Positions 21,884 to 28,474 of a stretch of DNA of 37,054 bases are shown one piece after another. The stretch is from a virus. The number at the start of each line of letters is the position of its first letter. Position 1 is the stretch's first letter. The notes under the pieces are model-generated. The model saw nothing but the letters and a program-made list of their open reading frames with translations. It was not told the origin of the DNA and ran no database searches. A program made the translations under genes and the position numbers. Location: positions 1 through 37,054 of IMG/VR virus record IMGVR_UViG_3300033555_000014; one strand, given 5' to 3'.

Positions 21884-22051
21884 CTAGTCACAATCGACAA
21901 CAGGAAGACCAAGCTCTTGACGAATTTTAGCCTCTTCCAATTCAAACAACGTCTGGTCGAGTGCACCCTTGTAGGCATCAAGTGAGATTTCAAGTTCCTC
22001 AGCACGTTGTTTGTAATCGATTTCGTCTGGGCGAGAGCTAATTTTGGCCAT
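21884..22051 (-). CDS. Small acidic helical protein (55 aa)
   Basis: It is not in the track. It forms a TAATG overlap with the 187-aa gene. The protein is MAKISSRPDEIDYKQRAEELEISLDAYKGALDQTLFELEEAKIRQELGLPVVDCD*, and its stop abuts site cluster 1. Confidence 0.5.
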   Translation of the reverse strand: MAKISSRPDEIDYKQRAEELEISLDAYKGALDQTLFELEEAKIRQELGLPVVDCD

Positions 22052-22614
22052 TATGCGAGAGCACGACGTGCTTCAGCAGCCTCGACAGCGGCGAGACGAG
22101 CTTCTGTGTCATCCCAAATAACACCCATTTTTTTCATCTTACGAGCTTTTTTCTTTTCTAACGTAGCGTCAACACGCTGCATCATTGCATGAGGCGGGAA
22201 CCACACTTCAGGCAAGTTTTTTACATCATGACCAAGATGTTGAATGAGTTTTAGTATGAATCCGTATTTTGCAAGATTCAAAGACCAACAAGTTGGTGTT
22301 CCCTTCCCGTTTGCCATCTTGTAACCAATTTGCTTGACAGTGAAGAAAGACATCCATTCTGAAAGACCTTCTTTGCCGTATGCAATTTCAATGTGACACT
22401 TGCTGATTTCAACTTCCAGGTACCGTTCGCCATATTCGTTTGGTTCACAGTTGAACGCTTGTACAAACGCTGGAAACAACAGCTCGTCAAGCATATTTTT
22501 GCGGCGTTCAGCGTCACGTGCCAAGCGTAGTTCGATGGACATTGGCTTGCGACCTGAATTTTTGCGGGCACCACCGTGTTGTTTTTCTTCTTGCTGAATA
22601 ATTTCTTGTTGCAT
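22051..22614 (-). CDS. Hypothetical 187-aa basic protein, first gene of the leftward arm; candidate DNA-binding regulator or initiator
   Basis: SD gaggagcttaacATG. It has an N-terminal GGARKNSGRKP basic motif and a Lys/Arg/Ala-rich C-terminal helix (EKKKARKMKKMG...AAVEAAEARRALA). The gene is bracketed by the two site clusters. Confidence 0.5.
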   Translation of the reverse strand: MQQEIIQQEEKQHGGARKNSGRKPMSIELRLARDAERRKNMLDELLFPAFVQAFNCEPNEYGERYLEVEISKCHIEIAYGKEGLSEWMSFFTVKQIGYKMANGKGTPTCWSLNLAKYGFILKLIQHLGHDVKNLPEVWFPPHAMMQRVDATLEKKKARKMKKMGVIWDDTEARLAAVEAAEARRALA

Positions 22615-22642
22615 GTTAAGCTCCTCTTGGTTTGTCTAAGTT

Positions 22643-22652
22643 ATTTATAGCA
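22643..22652 (-). promoter_or_regulatory. Extended -10-like element TGCTATAAAT for the leftward arm
   Basis: The - strand reads ...aagTTGTGGtcattcttgattttGcTATAAATaacttagacaaaccaagaggagcttaacATG. A cttgatt box overlaps the spacer. Confidence 0.45.
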
Positions 22653-22702
22653 AAATCAAGAATGACCACAACTTTTTTGTGGTCAACGCGAATTTGACAG
22701 AG

Positions 22703-22767
22703 ACCGGGTCAACTTGATTAAACTGAGCTTAAGTAATAGAAAGTCGACTTTTTTTAATCAAGTTGTG
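22703..22767. repeat. 65-bp perfect direct repeat, copy A, with an internal 13-bp inverted repeat
   Basis: The repeat is accgggtcaacttgattaaactgagcttaagtaatagaaagtcgactttttttaatcaagttgtg. CAACTTGATTAAA (22710-22722) is inverted against TTTAATCAAGTTG (22753-22765). The 30-nt spacer contains CTTAAG and GTCGAC. Confidence 0.9.
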
Positions 22768-22799
22768 AAATCGACAGAAAACAAGACCGTCGATTTCAC
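22765..22799. promoter_or_regulatory. Perfect 11-bp inverted repeat between the two 65-bp repeats
   Basis: The element is GTGAAATCGAC-agaaaacaagacc-GTCGATTTCAC. Confidence 0.6.
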
Positions 22800-22842
22800 C
22801 CGAAAATTTTTTGTGGTTGCAAGACACTACCAAAATACACGA

Positions 22843-22907
22843 ACCGGGTCAACTTGATTAAACTGAGCTTAAGTAATAGAAAGTCGACTTTTTTTAATCA
22901 AGTTGTG
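22843..22907. repeat. 65-bp perfect direct repeat, copy B (140 bp from copy A)
   Basis: It is identical in sequence to 22703-22767. The inverted-repeat arms lie at 22850-22862 and 22893-22905. Confidence 0.9.
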
Positions 22908-23056
22908 TCTGTTGATGACTGGGTGAAAAGATGTCGGCGATGAACCTGCCTCCACTTTTCACCAGAAAAATTATTCTCCACGTGAAATACACGAGACCAA
23001 TCTCCTTCTCAGCTGAGTTCGCCGCAAGCGGCTCACAGCGGATGCACGTTGCTCTC

Positions 23057-23097
23057 GGGTGAAGACGAGCAGAGACCAGGCCCGCTCGTCTTCACCC
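23057..23097. other. GC-rich perfect 14-bp stem-loop in the divergent intergenic region
   Basis: GGGTGAAGACGAGC (23057-23070) pairs with GCTCGTCTTCACCC (23084-23097) around a 13-nt loop. There is no flanking T-run on either strand. Confidence 0.6.
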
Positions 23098-23215
23098 GCT
23101 CACACGTACCCCGCTTTCCCTTCGCGAAATTTTGTTTTCAGGTGCAAGTCGAACACCAGTTACCTCGTTCTGTACAAATTGCCCTAAATACACACATCGA
23201 ATACGAAAGACCCAT

Positions 23216-23575
23216 ATGACACCCCTTGTAACTTACACGTTGCTCCTTCTCCTCTTCGTAATTTCGAGCTGGTTCATCTACCACATCCGCAAAGACAAAC
23301 GAGCGAATCCGCTCGACTTGATTACCACCCCTGACACAGGTCGACTTTCAGCTGCCAAAATTGGTCAACTGACAGGCGTACTCGTTTCCACCTGGGTAGT
23401 CATCTCATCTGCCTCCTCTGGCAAATTAACCAGCGAAATTTTCCTTTTGTACCTGACGTACACAGCTGGTGTCGACCTGTTCGGCAAATTCCTCCGTTAC
23501 AAACAAACTGTGCCACCTGCAGCTGAACCAGTACCAGCAGAAGAAATACCCATAACAAATAAGGAAGGCGAATAG
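23216..23575 (+). CDS. Putative holin (119 aa, 2-3 TM segments)
   Basis: ATG at 23216 sits in the context aaagacccatATGa, the same context as the next gene. TM segments are VTYTLLLLLFVISSWFIY, IGQLTGVLVSTWVVISSA and IFLLYLTYTAGVDLF, with a charged C-tail. It is the first gene of the lysis cluster. Confidence 0.55.
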   Translation: MTPLVTYTLLLLLFVISSWFIYHIRKDKRANPLDLITTPDTGRLSAAKIGQLTGVLVSTWVVISSASSGKLTSEIFLLYLTYTAGVDLFGKFLRYKQTVPPAAEPVPAEEIPITNKEGE

Positions 23576-23586
23576 CAAAGACCCAT

Positions 23587-23931
23587 ATGAAACCAATATT
23601 CACACACATAACCAGCAACATAATGTTTTACTTCAAATTGGCTGCCATTGTTCTGCTCCTCGGAGTTGGTTACATGGCAGCCCATTTCTACCTCAAATAC
23701 GAGGAAGCGAAAGGTAAAATTCAGGAACTTTCAGCTCAAATCGAATTCAACAAGAAACAGAAGGAAAAATCAGACAAGGCAAACGCCGACTTGCAAATTG
23801 CTCTCAACAAGCAACAAGAGGTAGTCACGCGAACAATCACTAAGATTGTGAAGATGCCGGTCACCGTACAAGAGAAATGTATGTCTGATGTATTGCGTGA
23901 ATCTCTTAAGGAGACTCAATATGGTGAATAG
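23587..23931 (+). CDS. Putative i-spanin (Rz-like; N-terminal TM + coiled coil, 114 aa)
   Basis: The TM segment is FKLAAIVLLLGVGYMAAHF. It is followed by a Lys/Glu/Gln-rich helix and a C-terminal ...VQEKCMSDVLRESLKE. Confidence 0.5.
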   Translation: MKPIFTHITSNIMFYFKLAAIVLLLGVGYMAAHFYLKYEEAKGKIQELSAQIEFNKKQKEKSDKANADLQIALNKQQEVVTRTITKIVKMPVTVQEKCMSDVLRESLKETQYGE

Positions 23932-24322
23932 CAGAGACGTGGATGAACTTTCGCCACTTGCAAAAATGTACGCAATTCGTTTCCTCAACGAAGCTGCTGT
24001 GCAAAACATTCCGGTTCTAATTACCTGTACCTACAGGGACAGTGAATTTCAGGACTACCTGTATGCACAAGGACGCACTCGACCAGGCAACAAAGTAACC
24101 AAGGCGAAAGGTGGGCAATCTGCCCACAACTTCAGGGTGGCTTTCGATTTTTGCCCCCTAAATGTGTTTGGTAAACCTGACTGGAACAACCTGGATGCTT
24201 TCAAGAAGCTGGGTGCCATTGGCAAGAAGGTTGGGTTAGAGTGGGGCGGAAACTGGACCTCGTTTCCGGACATGCCTCACATGCAGGTGCCTGGTTTCAA
24301 AATTCCAGTGGCGAAAAAATAA
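23921..24322 (+). CDS. Endolysin, peptidase M15 (VanY / L-alanyl-D-glutamate endopeptidase type, 133 aa)
   Basis: SD aaggagactcaatATG. YRDSEFQDYLYAQGRT...GGQSAHNFRVAFDF...GLEWGGNWTSFPDMPHMQ matches the M15 H..D...H zinc signature as in the T5-type endolysin. Confidence 0.8.
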   Translation: MVNSRDVDELSPLAKMYAIRFLNEAAVQNIPVLITCTYRDSEFQDYLYAQGRTRPGNKVTKAKGGQSAHNFRVAFDFCPLNVFGKPDWNNLDAFKKLGAIGKKVGLEWGGNWTSFPDMPHMQVPGFKIPVAKK

Positions 24323-24699
24323 TGGAACTCACCTCTACCTCCTACCGAGTTCTGTCACTGTTACCATTCCAGCATACCGTCATCCTCATCTCGTCAGAGG
24401 CGGAATGGGATGACATTAAAGCTGACCTGGAAAGCAGCTCGGAAAATTGGCTTGCAGGTGGTGCAGCTTGTGTTCGCAATCGCGAATCGAGCAGCATTGT
24501 TTGCATCAACCCAACCGGCGAGTTGCACACATTTGTCGGTTACATTGCACACGAAGCAACTCACGTCTTCCAGAACCTGTGCATACAAGCATGCGAACCC
24601 GACCCCAGCCATGAATTCGAAGCCTACTACATCGGCTACATTACCGGCTGGCTCCTACAAGAAACAATCCTCGAATTCATGGAGAATCAGGAAATATGA
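24322..24699 (+). CDS. Small HExxH protein (putative zinc metallopeptidase fold, 125 aa)
   Basis: It forms a TAATG overlap with the endolysin. The motif is YIAHEATHVFQNLCIQACEPDPSHEFEAYY, that is HExxH plus Glu 17-19 residues downstream. Confidence 0.45.
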   Translation: MELTSTSYRVLSLLPFQHTVILISSEAEWDDIKADLESSSENWLAGGAACVRNRESSSIVCINPTGELHTFVGYIAHEATHVFQNLCIQACEPDPSHEFEAYYIGYITGWLLQETILEFMENQEI

Positions 24700-24971
24700 A
24701 AACTTCATCAAAAAAGATGCTTTTTGCAGCCACCCTGTCAGTGTCAGCAATTATGGCCTCAGGATGCAGCACAATCGCTGTGAAAAATGAACAAATCATC
24801 ACCAAAGCGATGGTAATTCAACCGCCCCGACCAGTAGCTCCATCTCCAGAAACAGCCTCTCAGAGGGATGTAGCAGTCTACATTACCCTCCTTCGTGGAT
24901 GGGGCAATGCCATGTCGCTGCAATTGAAGGCAATCGAAGAACTCATTACCTCCGAAAGCGAGGGTAAGTAA
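24696..24971 (+). CDS. Lipoprotein, putative o-spanin (91 aa)
   Basis: It forms an ATGA overlap with the upstream gene. It has a signal peptide with the lipobox SAIMASG|C, followed by the Pro-rich stretch VIQPPRPVAPSPE. Confidence 0.5.
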   Translation: MKTSSKKMLFAATLSVSAIMASGCSTIAVKNEQIITKAMVIQPPRPVAPSPETASQRDVAVYITLLRGWGNAMSLQLKAIEELITSESEGK

Positions 24972-25367
24972 TTGCTAGCTGTACATACCCAACTGCATAC
25001 TCTCGTTGTCTATTACAACCGAGACAAGAAAGCAACTAAGATTAGTCGTTTTAATGACCCTGCAAAAGCCAAGAAGGCAGCAATGGACAGTTTGCTTATT
25101 GGTATGCACGCTGAAATCATCGCCACTGACATTGCCTACAACGAAGCACAAAGCCTCATCTACTTCCATCGCAAGGAAATCAGTCTAAACTTTCCCAAAA
25201 AACGACCTGAACCAAAACCCCGTCCAACCAAACCTGTCAAGGTTGCTGTCCTTCGCCTGACTAAAGGACGACCAAAAGCACCTCCTCGCATTCGCACACG
25301 TCAAGAAACCAATGAGTATGGTACCTTCACTGTCAATACAACCAAAGCCAGATTCATTCCCGTATAA
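24972..25367 (+). CDS. Hypothetical protein with a basic Pro/Lys-rich C-terminal half (131 aa, TTG start)
   Basis: TTG lies directly after the upstream TAA, with gagggtaagtaaTTG as SD. An alternative ATG lies 37 codons in. Confidence 0.4.
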   Translation: MLAVHTQLHTLVVYYNRDKKATKISRFNDPAKAKKAAMDSLLIGMHAEIIATDIAYNEAQSLIYFHRKEISLNFPKKRPEPKPRPTKPVKVAVLRLTKGRPKAPPRIRTRQETNEYGTFTVNTTKARFIPV

Positions 25368-25368
25368 T
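25363..25368 (+). promoter_or_regulatory. Perfect TATAAT hexamer 15 nt upstream of ATG 25383 (would give a near-leaderless mRNA)
   Basis: The sequence is cgTATAATctataaataatcctATG. No SD precedes the ATG at 25383. Confidence 0.3.
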
Positions 25369-25382
25369 CTATAAATAATCCT

Positions 25383-25733
25383 ATGAACATTCTAATCGAC
25401 TCCTTCCCATACTCATTGACACTTGACGACAGCCAAGACTATTCTGCTAACGTTGAAATTTACCACAATCCTGGCTGGATGGGACCTACCTCACCTGAAA
25501 TTGAAGCAAGCCGGATTCAAGGAGTCAAAGACAGCTGGGTTGGTGCAAATGACCGGCGCTCAAAGGCAGCTGCTGACATGTCTGCTCGTCACCCAATGCG
25601 ACGCGCAACTGAACTTTCCATTACACACAAAGCCAACATTGGCTTGGGTATGATGGGCAATCAGAACAAACTTGGCAAGCGTGGTGGAAATCAACATACG
25701 AAAAAGAAACAACTGGCGGAATCCGCTAAATAG
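25383..25733 (+). CDS. Hypothetical protein (116 aa) with a basic C-terminal GNQNKLGKRGGNQHTKKK tail
   Basis: It is an ORF only, with no SD. The Asn/Gly/Lys tail resembles the N-terminal tails of some small terminases. Confidence 0.4.
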   Translation: MNILIDSFPYSLTLDDSQDYSANVEIYHNPGWMGPTSPEIEASRIQGVKDSWVGANDRRSKAAADMSARHPMRRATELSITHKANIGLGMMGNQNKLGKRGGNQHTKKKQLAESAK

Positions 25734-25792
25734 AAAATCAAACTGAACGGCGTTCGGTTTCCGCAATACCCTTAGTACTCGGAGAGCACTAA

Positions 25793-26206
25793 ATGACAGT
25801 AAAAAACTTAAGCCAGGCTGGCGAAAGTGACGTATTCGTAACATACCGAACTTCACATCCGACAGGACACTACTACGTAGGCAAGTCCTCGCTTCGTCGC
25901 ATCCAAAAAGGTTACCAAGGCTCCGGCCCACGTTTTAAATGTGCACTGCACGTACCTGGCTTTGAAGCACACACCTGGCACACTGAAATTCTCTCCACAC
26001 ACCAACACGAAGGCGATGCATACGCAACTGAAGCTATGCTGGTTACCCTCAACATGCTGGCTGACCCATACTGTCTCAACACGACGCTCGGTGGCAAAAC
26101 CCGCTGCTGGGGTTCGCCATACACCAAATTCTTGAAGACTTTTACCACACCTCGCGCTAAGAAGCCAACAACTAAAGGTAAACTACCAAAAGGAATGACA
26201 AAATGA
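25793..26206 (+). CDS. GIY-YIG domain protein (nuclease domain only, 137 aa)
   Basis: SD cggagagcactaaATG. VFVTYRTSHPTGHYYVGKSS...GYQGSGPRFKCAL...FEAHTWHTEILSTHQHEGDAYATEAMLV follows the phage Seg/Tev-like order (Y-x-Y, YVG, YxGSG, E). Confidence 0.55.
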   Translation: MTVKNLSQAGESDVFVTYRTSHPTGHYYVGKSSLRRIQKGYQGSGPRFKCALHVPGFEAHTWHTEILSTHQHEGDAYATEAMLVTLNMLADPYCLNTTLGGKTRCWGSPYTKFLKTFTTPRAKKPTTKGKLPKGMTK

Positions 26207-26448
26207 ATAAAGCAGTTAAATTCTCCATCGACAATGGCGCCCGCAAAACACCACAAAACTTGGCTGGCCTATTGGATGAAGCTTTAGTTCACGTTAGCTC
26301 TATGGAAGGCCCAGGCAAACGTCGCGCACTACACTTGATTGAAGTCGTTCAACTGTATGTGTTGCATGGCATGTCGACTCAAACAACCTATGCTGAGTAC
26401 GGTAACATGACTAAGGAAGCAGTCATGGCCGCAATAGAGGCTAGTTGA
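26203..26448 (+). CDS. Hypothetical protein (81 aa)
   Basis: It forms an ATGA overlap with the upstream gene. I recognise no motif. Confidence 0.5.
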   Translation: MNKAVKFSIDNGARKTPQNLAGLLDEALVHVSSMEGPGKRRALHLIEVVQLYVLHGMSTQTTYAEYGNMTKEAVMAAIEAS

Positions 26449-26479
26449 TTAACACTTTTCACACCTGGGAGGATTTCCA

Positions 26480-26956
26480 ATGAAATCTGATGACATAGAC
26501 CTCCATGACGACACCGTATTTGATGTTGTCCTTGAAAGCATACCTGACGAGATGGTTGACCTTGAGCATACTAAGTTCGGCACCATTCGTCTGCACCGTC
26601 GTGGCATCTTCAAGATGTGCTCACGTGGTGCATCTGTGCGAGACTTGGCAAATATTTTCGGTGTGTCGGAACCTACCCTGTATGCACACGTTGGCTATGA
26701 GATGAAGGCAGGTAAAAGCTTTATTGGCCCTCGCCTGAAGTACAACCTGTTGAAGCAGGCGTACCGCGAAGACAAAACCAATGCAGCTTTGCTCATCTTT
26801 GCACTGAAAAACTGGACAGAACTTACCGAAGACGGTCATAACGATGTCGAAGAGTTTGATGGTAAGCCGGAATGGAAGGTCAACCCACCTAAGTTTGACC
26901 ATAAACAGACGCTGACTGACAGTGAGCGCGAAGAAATTGAAGGTGACGACGAATGA
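26480..26956 (+). CDS. terS: Terminase small subunit candidate (HTH-containing, 158 aa)
   Basis: SD gggaggatttccaATG. It has an HTH-like SVRDLANIFGVSEPTLYAH, then NAALLIFALKNWTE, and an acidic C-tail. It lies two genes upstream of terL. Confidence 0.55.
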   Translation: MKSDDIDLHDDTVFDVVLESIPDEMVDLEHTKFGTIRLHRRGIFKMCSRGASVRDLANIFGVSEPTLYAHVGYEMKAGKSFIGPRLKYNLLKQAYREDKTNAALLIFALKNWTELTEDGHNDVEEFDGKPEWKVNPPKFDHKQTLTDSEREEIEGDDE

Positions 26957-27165
26957 AAATCAACTCCCGCCCAGCACCAGGTGCTATGTCATACCTTACC
27001 AACATGCTGATTGCTGTTGGTGTACCTGCTGAACATCTTGAAAAGATTGCACACGTCCGAATTAAGGGTAGTGGCAAGGGCCATGCACTGGTTAGTGTTA
27101 CACATGTGAGTGGTGTGGGGTTTACAGAACTTACCTATGAAACAACAGATTACTTTATGGGCTGA
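26953..27165 (+). CDS. Hypothetical protein (70 aa)
   Basis: It forms an ATGA overlap with terS and ends 2 nt before terL. Confidence 0.45.
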   Translation: MKINSRPAPGAMSYLTNMLIAVGVPAEHLEKIAHVRIKGSGKGHALVSVTHVSGVGFTELTYETTDYFMG

Positions 27166-27167
27166 AC

Positions 27168-28460
27168 ATGAACCTTGAGCTGACACCACAATTGTACCAA
27201 GCTGAAGCACTGCTTGACTTCGACACGCCCATCATCGGCATCGCAGCAGGCAAGCGCTCTGGTAAGTCACACATCTGCATCGTGCAGAAGGTGTTGCTGG
27301 CTAGTAGCATTCATGCAGGTTACACTTTCCTGGTTGCCAGCCCAACGTACGGCATGTCTCGTCGTAACCTTTTCCCATTGTTCCACGCTGAATGTACACG
27401 GATGGGGTTGAAGGTAGAAGGCCTTACTTCAAAGTCTCCAAGTGAAATCAAAATCCATTGGGGTGACAAGGTTTCGACCATCATCTTTGACGTAACAGTT
27501 GAAAACTATTCACGCATGAACGGACTGTCCCTTGCTGGCATCTTCGTGGACGAGATTGACAAGGCACGATTCACAGACGCTGAAGCTTTCCTCGAAGAAG
27601 CATTGATTCGACTCTCCAAGCCAGCACCAGGTCACGTTGCCCAGCTGGTAGTCTGTGGTGCACCTGAACTGAACGGTTACATGGCGGAATTCTTCATCGA
27701 GAAGGCTGGCCCTGACCGTAAGTTGTACAAATGGAGCATGATGCAGAACGGTGCACTCTCCGACGAGTACAAGGCATTACAGCTGGCAAACATACCAGAA
27801 AGTAAACAAGGCGGATGGGTTCATGGCGAGTTCATGTACAGTGCAGATGGTTTGGTCTACGACAGCTATGACCCTGAAGAGAACCACACTGACATGACGT
27901 TGGCTGATGTACACGCAATTGAAGACATTCATGTCTCATGGGACATTAACGATGGTGGTTGCAATGCTCACATGTCAGTTCGCCGCGGTCAATTTACCTT
28001 TGTGGTAGACGAATGGCCGAAGATGGCGAGCACCGAAGCAGTCATCGAGAAGGCAAAAAAACAACCATGGGCGAAACAAGTTGTACTTACATGTGACCCA
28101 GCATGTACACAAGTATTCCCGTACATCCAGAAATCTGGTCTGCGCTACAAAATTATGAAGGCCGCACCAGAAATTGAATGGCGTGTTACCAGCTTGAACA
28201 TTGGTTTCGGTACCAAGGCTGAGTACCAACCAGGTGTTATGAAGCGGAAATTGCTCGTCAACACAAAGAAATGCAAGATTTTAAACCGTTGTCTCATGCG
28301 CCAAGGCTATGTCAAAGGTGCGCCAGACAAGAAGACGTGGATTGAGGATGCAGGTACAGACATCTCCGGTCCATTGGACGGTATTGGTTACTTCTACTAT
28401 AGGGAATTTCCTTACAATCCCACTAACCCATCCAAGCGAATCGAAATGCGCGGATTTTAA
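27168..28460 (+). CDS. terL: Terminase large subunit (430 aa)
   Basis: It has a Walker A motif (GIAAGKRSGKSH), a Walker B motif (LAGIFVDEID), and a C-terminal nuclease-type half (WDINDGG...). It lies immediately upstream of the portal gene. Confidence 0.85.
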   Translation: MNLELTPQLYQAEALLDFDTPIIGIAAGKRSGKSHICIVQKVLLASSIHAGYTFLVASPTYGMSRRNLFPLFHAECTRMGLKVEGLTSKSPSEIKIHWGDKVSTIIFDVTVENYSRMNGLSLAGIFVDEIDKARFTDAEAFLEEALIRLSKPAPGHVAQLVVCGAPELNGYMAEFFIEKAGPDRKLYKWSMMQNGALSDEYKALQLANIPESKQGGWVHGEFMYSADGLVYDSYDPEENHTDMTLADVHAIEDIHVSWDINDGGCNAHMSVRRGQFTFVVDEWPKMASTEAVIEKAKKQPWAKQVVLTCDPACTQVFPYIQKSGLRYKIMKAAPEIEWRVTSLNIGFGTKAEYQPGVMKRKLLVNTKKCKILNRCLMRQGYVKGAPDKKTWIEDAGTDISGPLDGIGYFYYREFPYNPTNPSKRIEMRGF

Positions 28461-28474
28461 GAAAGAATAACAAA

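Noticed and set aside
22703-22907. A CRISPR array, suggested by the 65-bp perfect direct repeats
   Set aside because: There are only two copies. Each repeat is itself a long inverted repeat with operator-like boxes that also occur at 21725-21883. The single spacer-like interval is a palindrome, and there are no cas genes.
22931-23059. A 42-aa + strand ORF (MSAMNLPPLFTRKIILHVKYTRPISFSAEFAASGSQRMHVALG) as a Cro-like gene
   Set aside because: It has a weak SD and lies within the hairpin-dense GC-rich island, ending inside the 14-bp stem. It has no HTH-like pattern.
23135-23165. A tRNA or tRNA-derived attP core (ggtgcaagtcgaacacc resembles a T-arm on the - strand)
   Set aside because: The stem is only 4-5 bp and the loop is not TTCRANY with correct spacing. 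There are no acceptor, D or anticodon arms, and no integrase gene exists in the genome.
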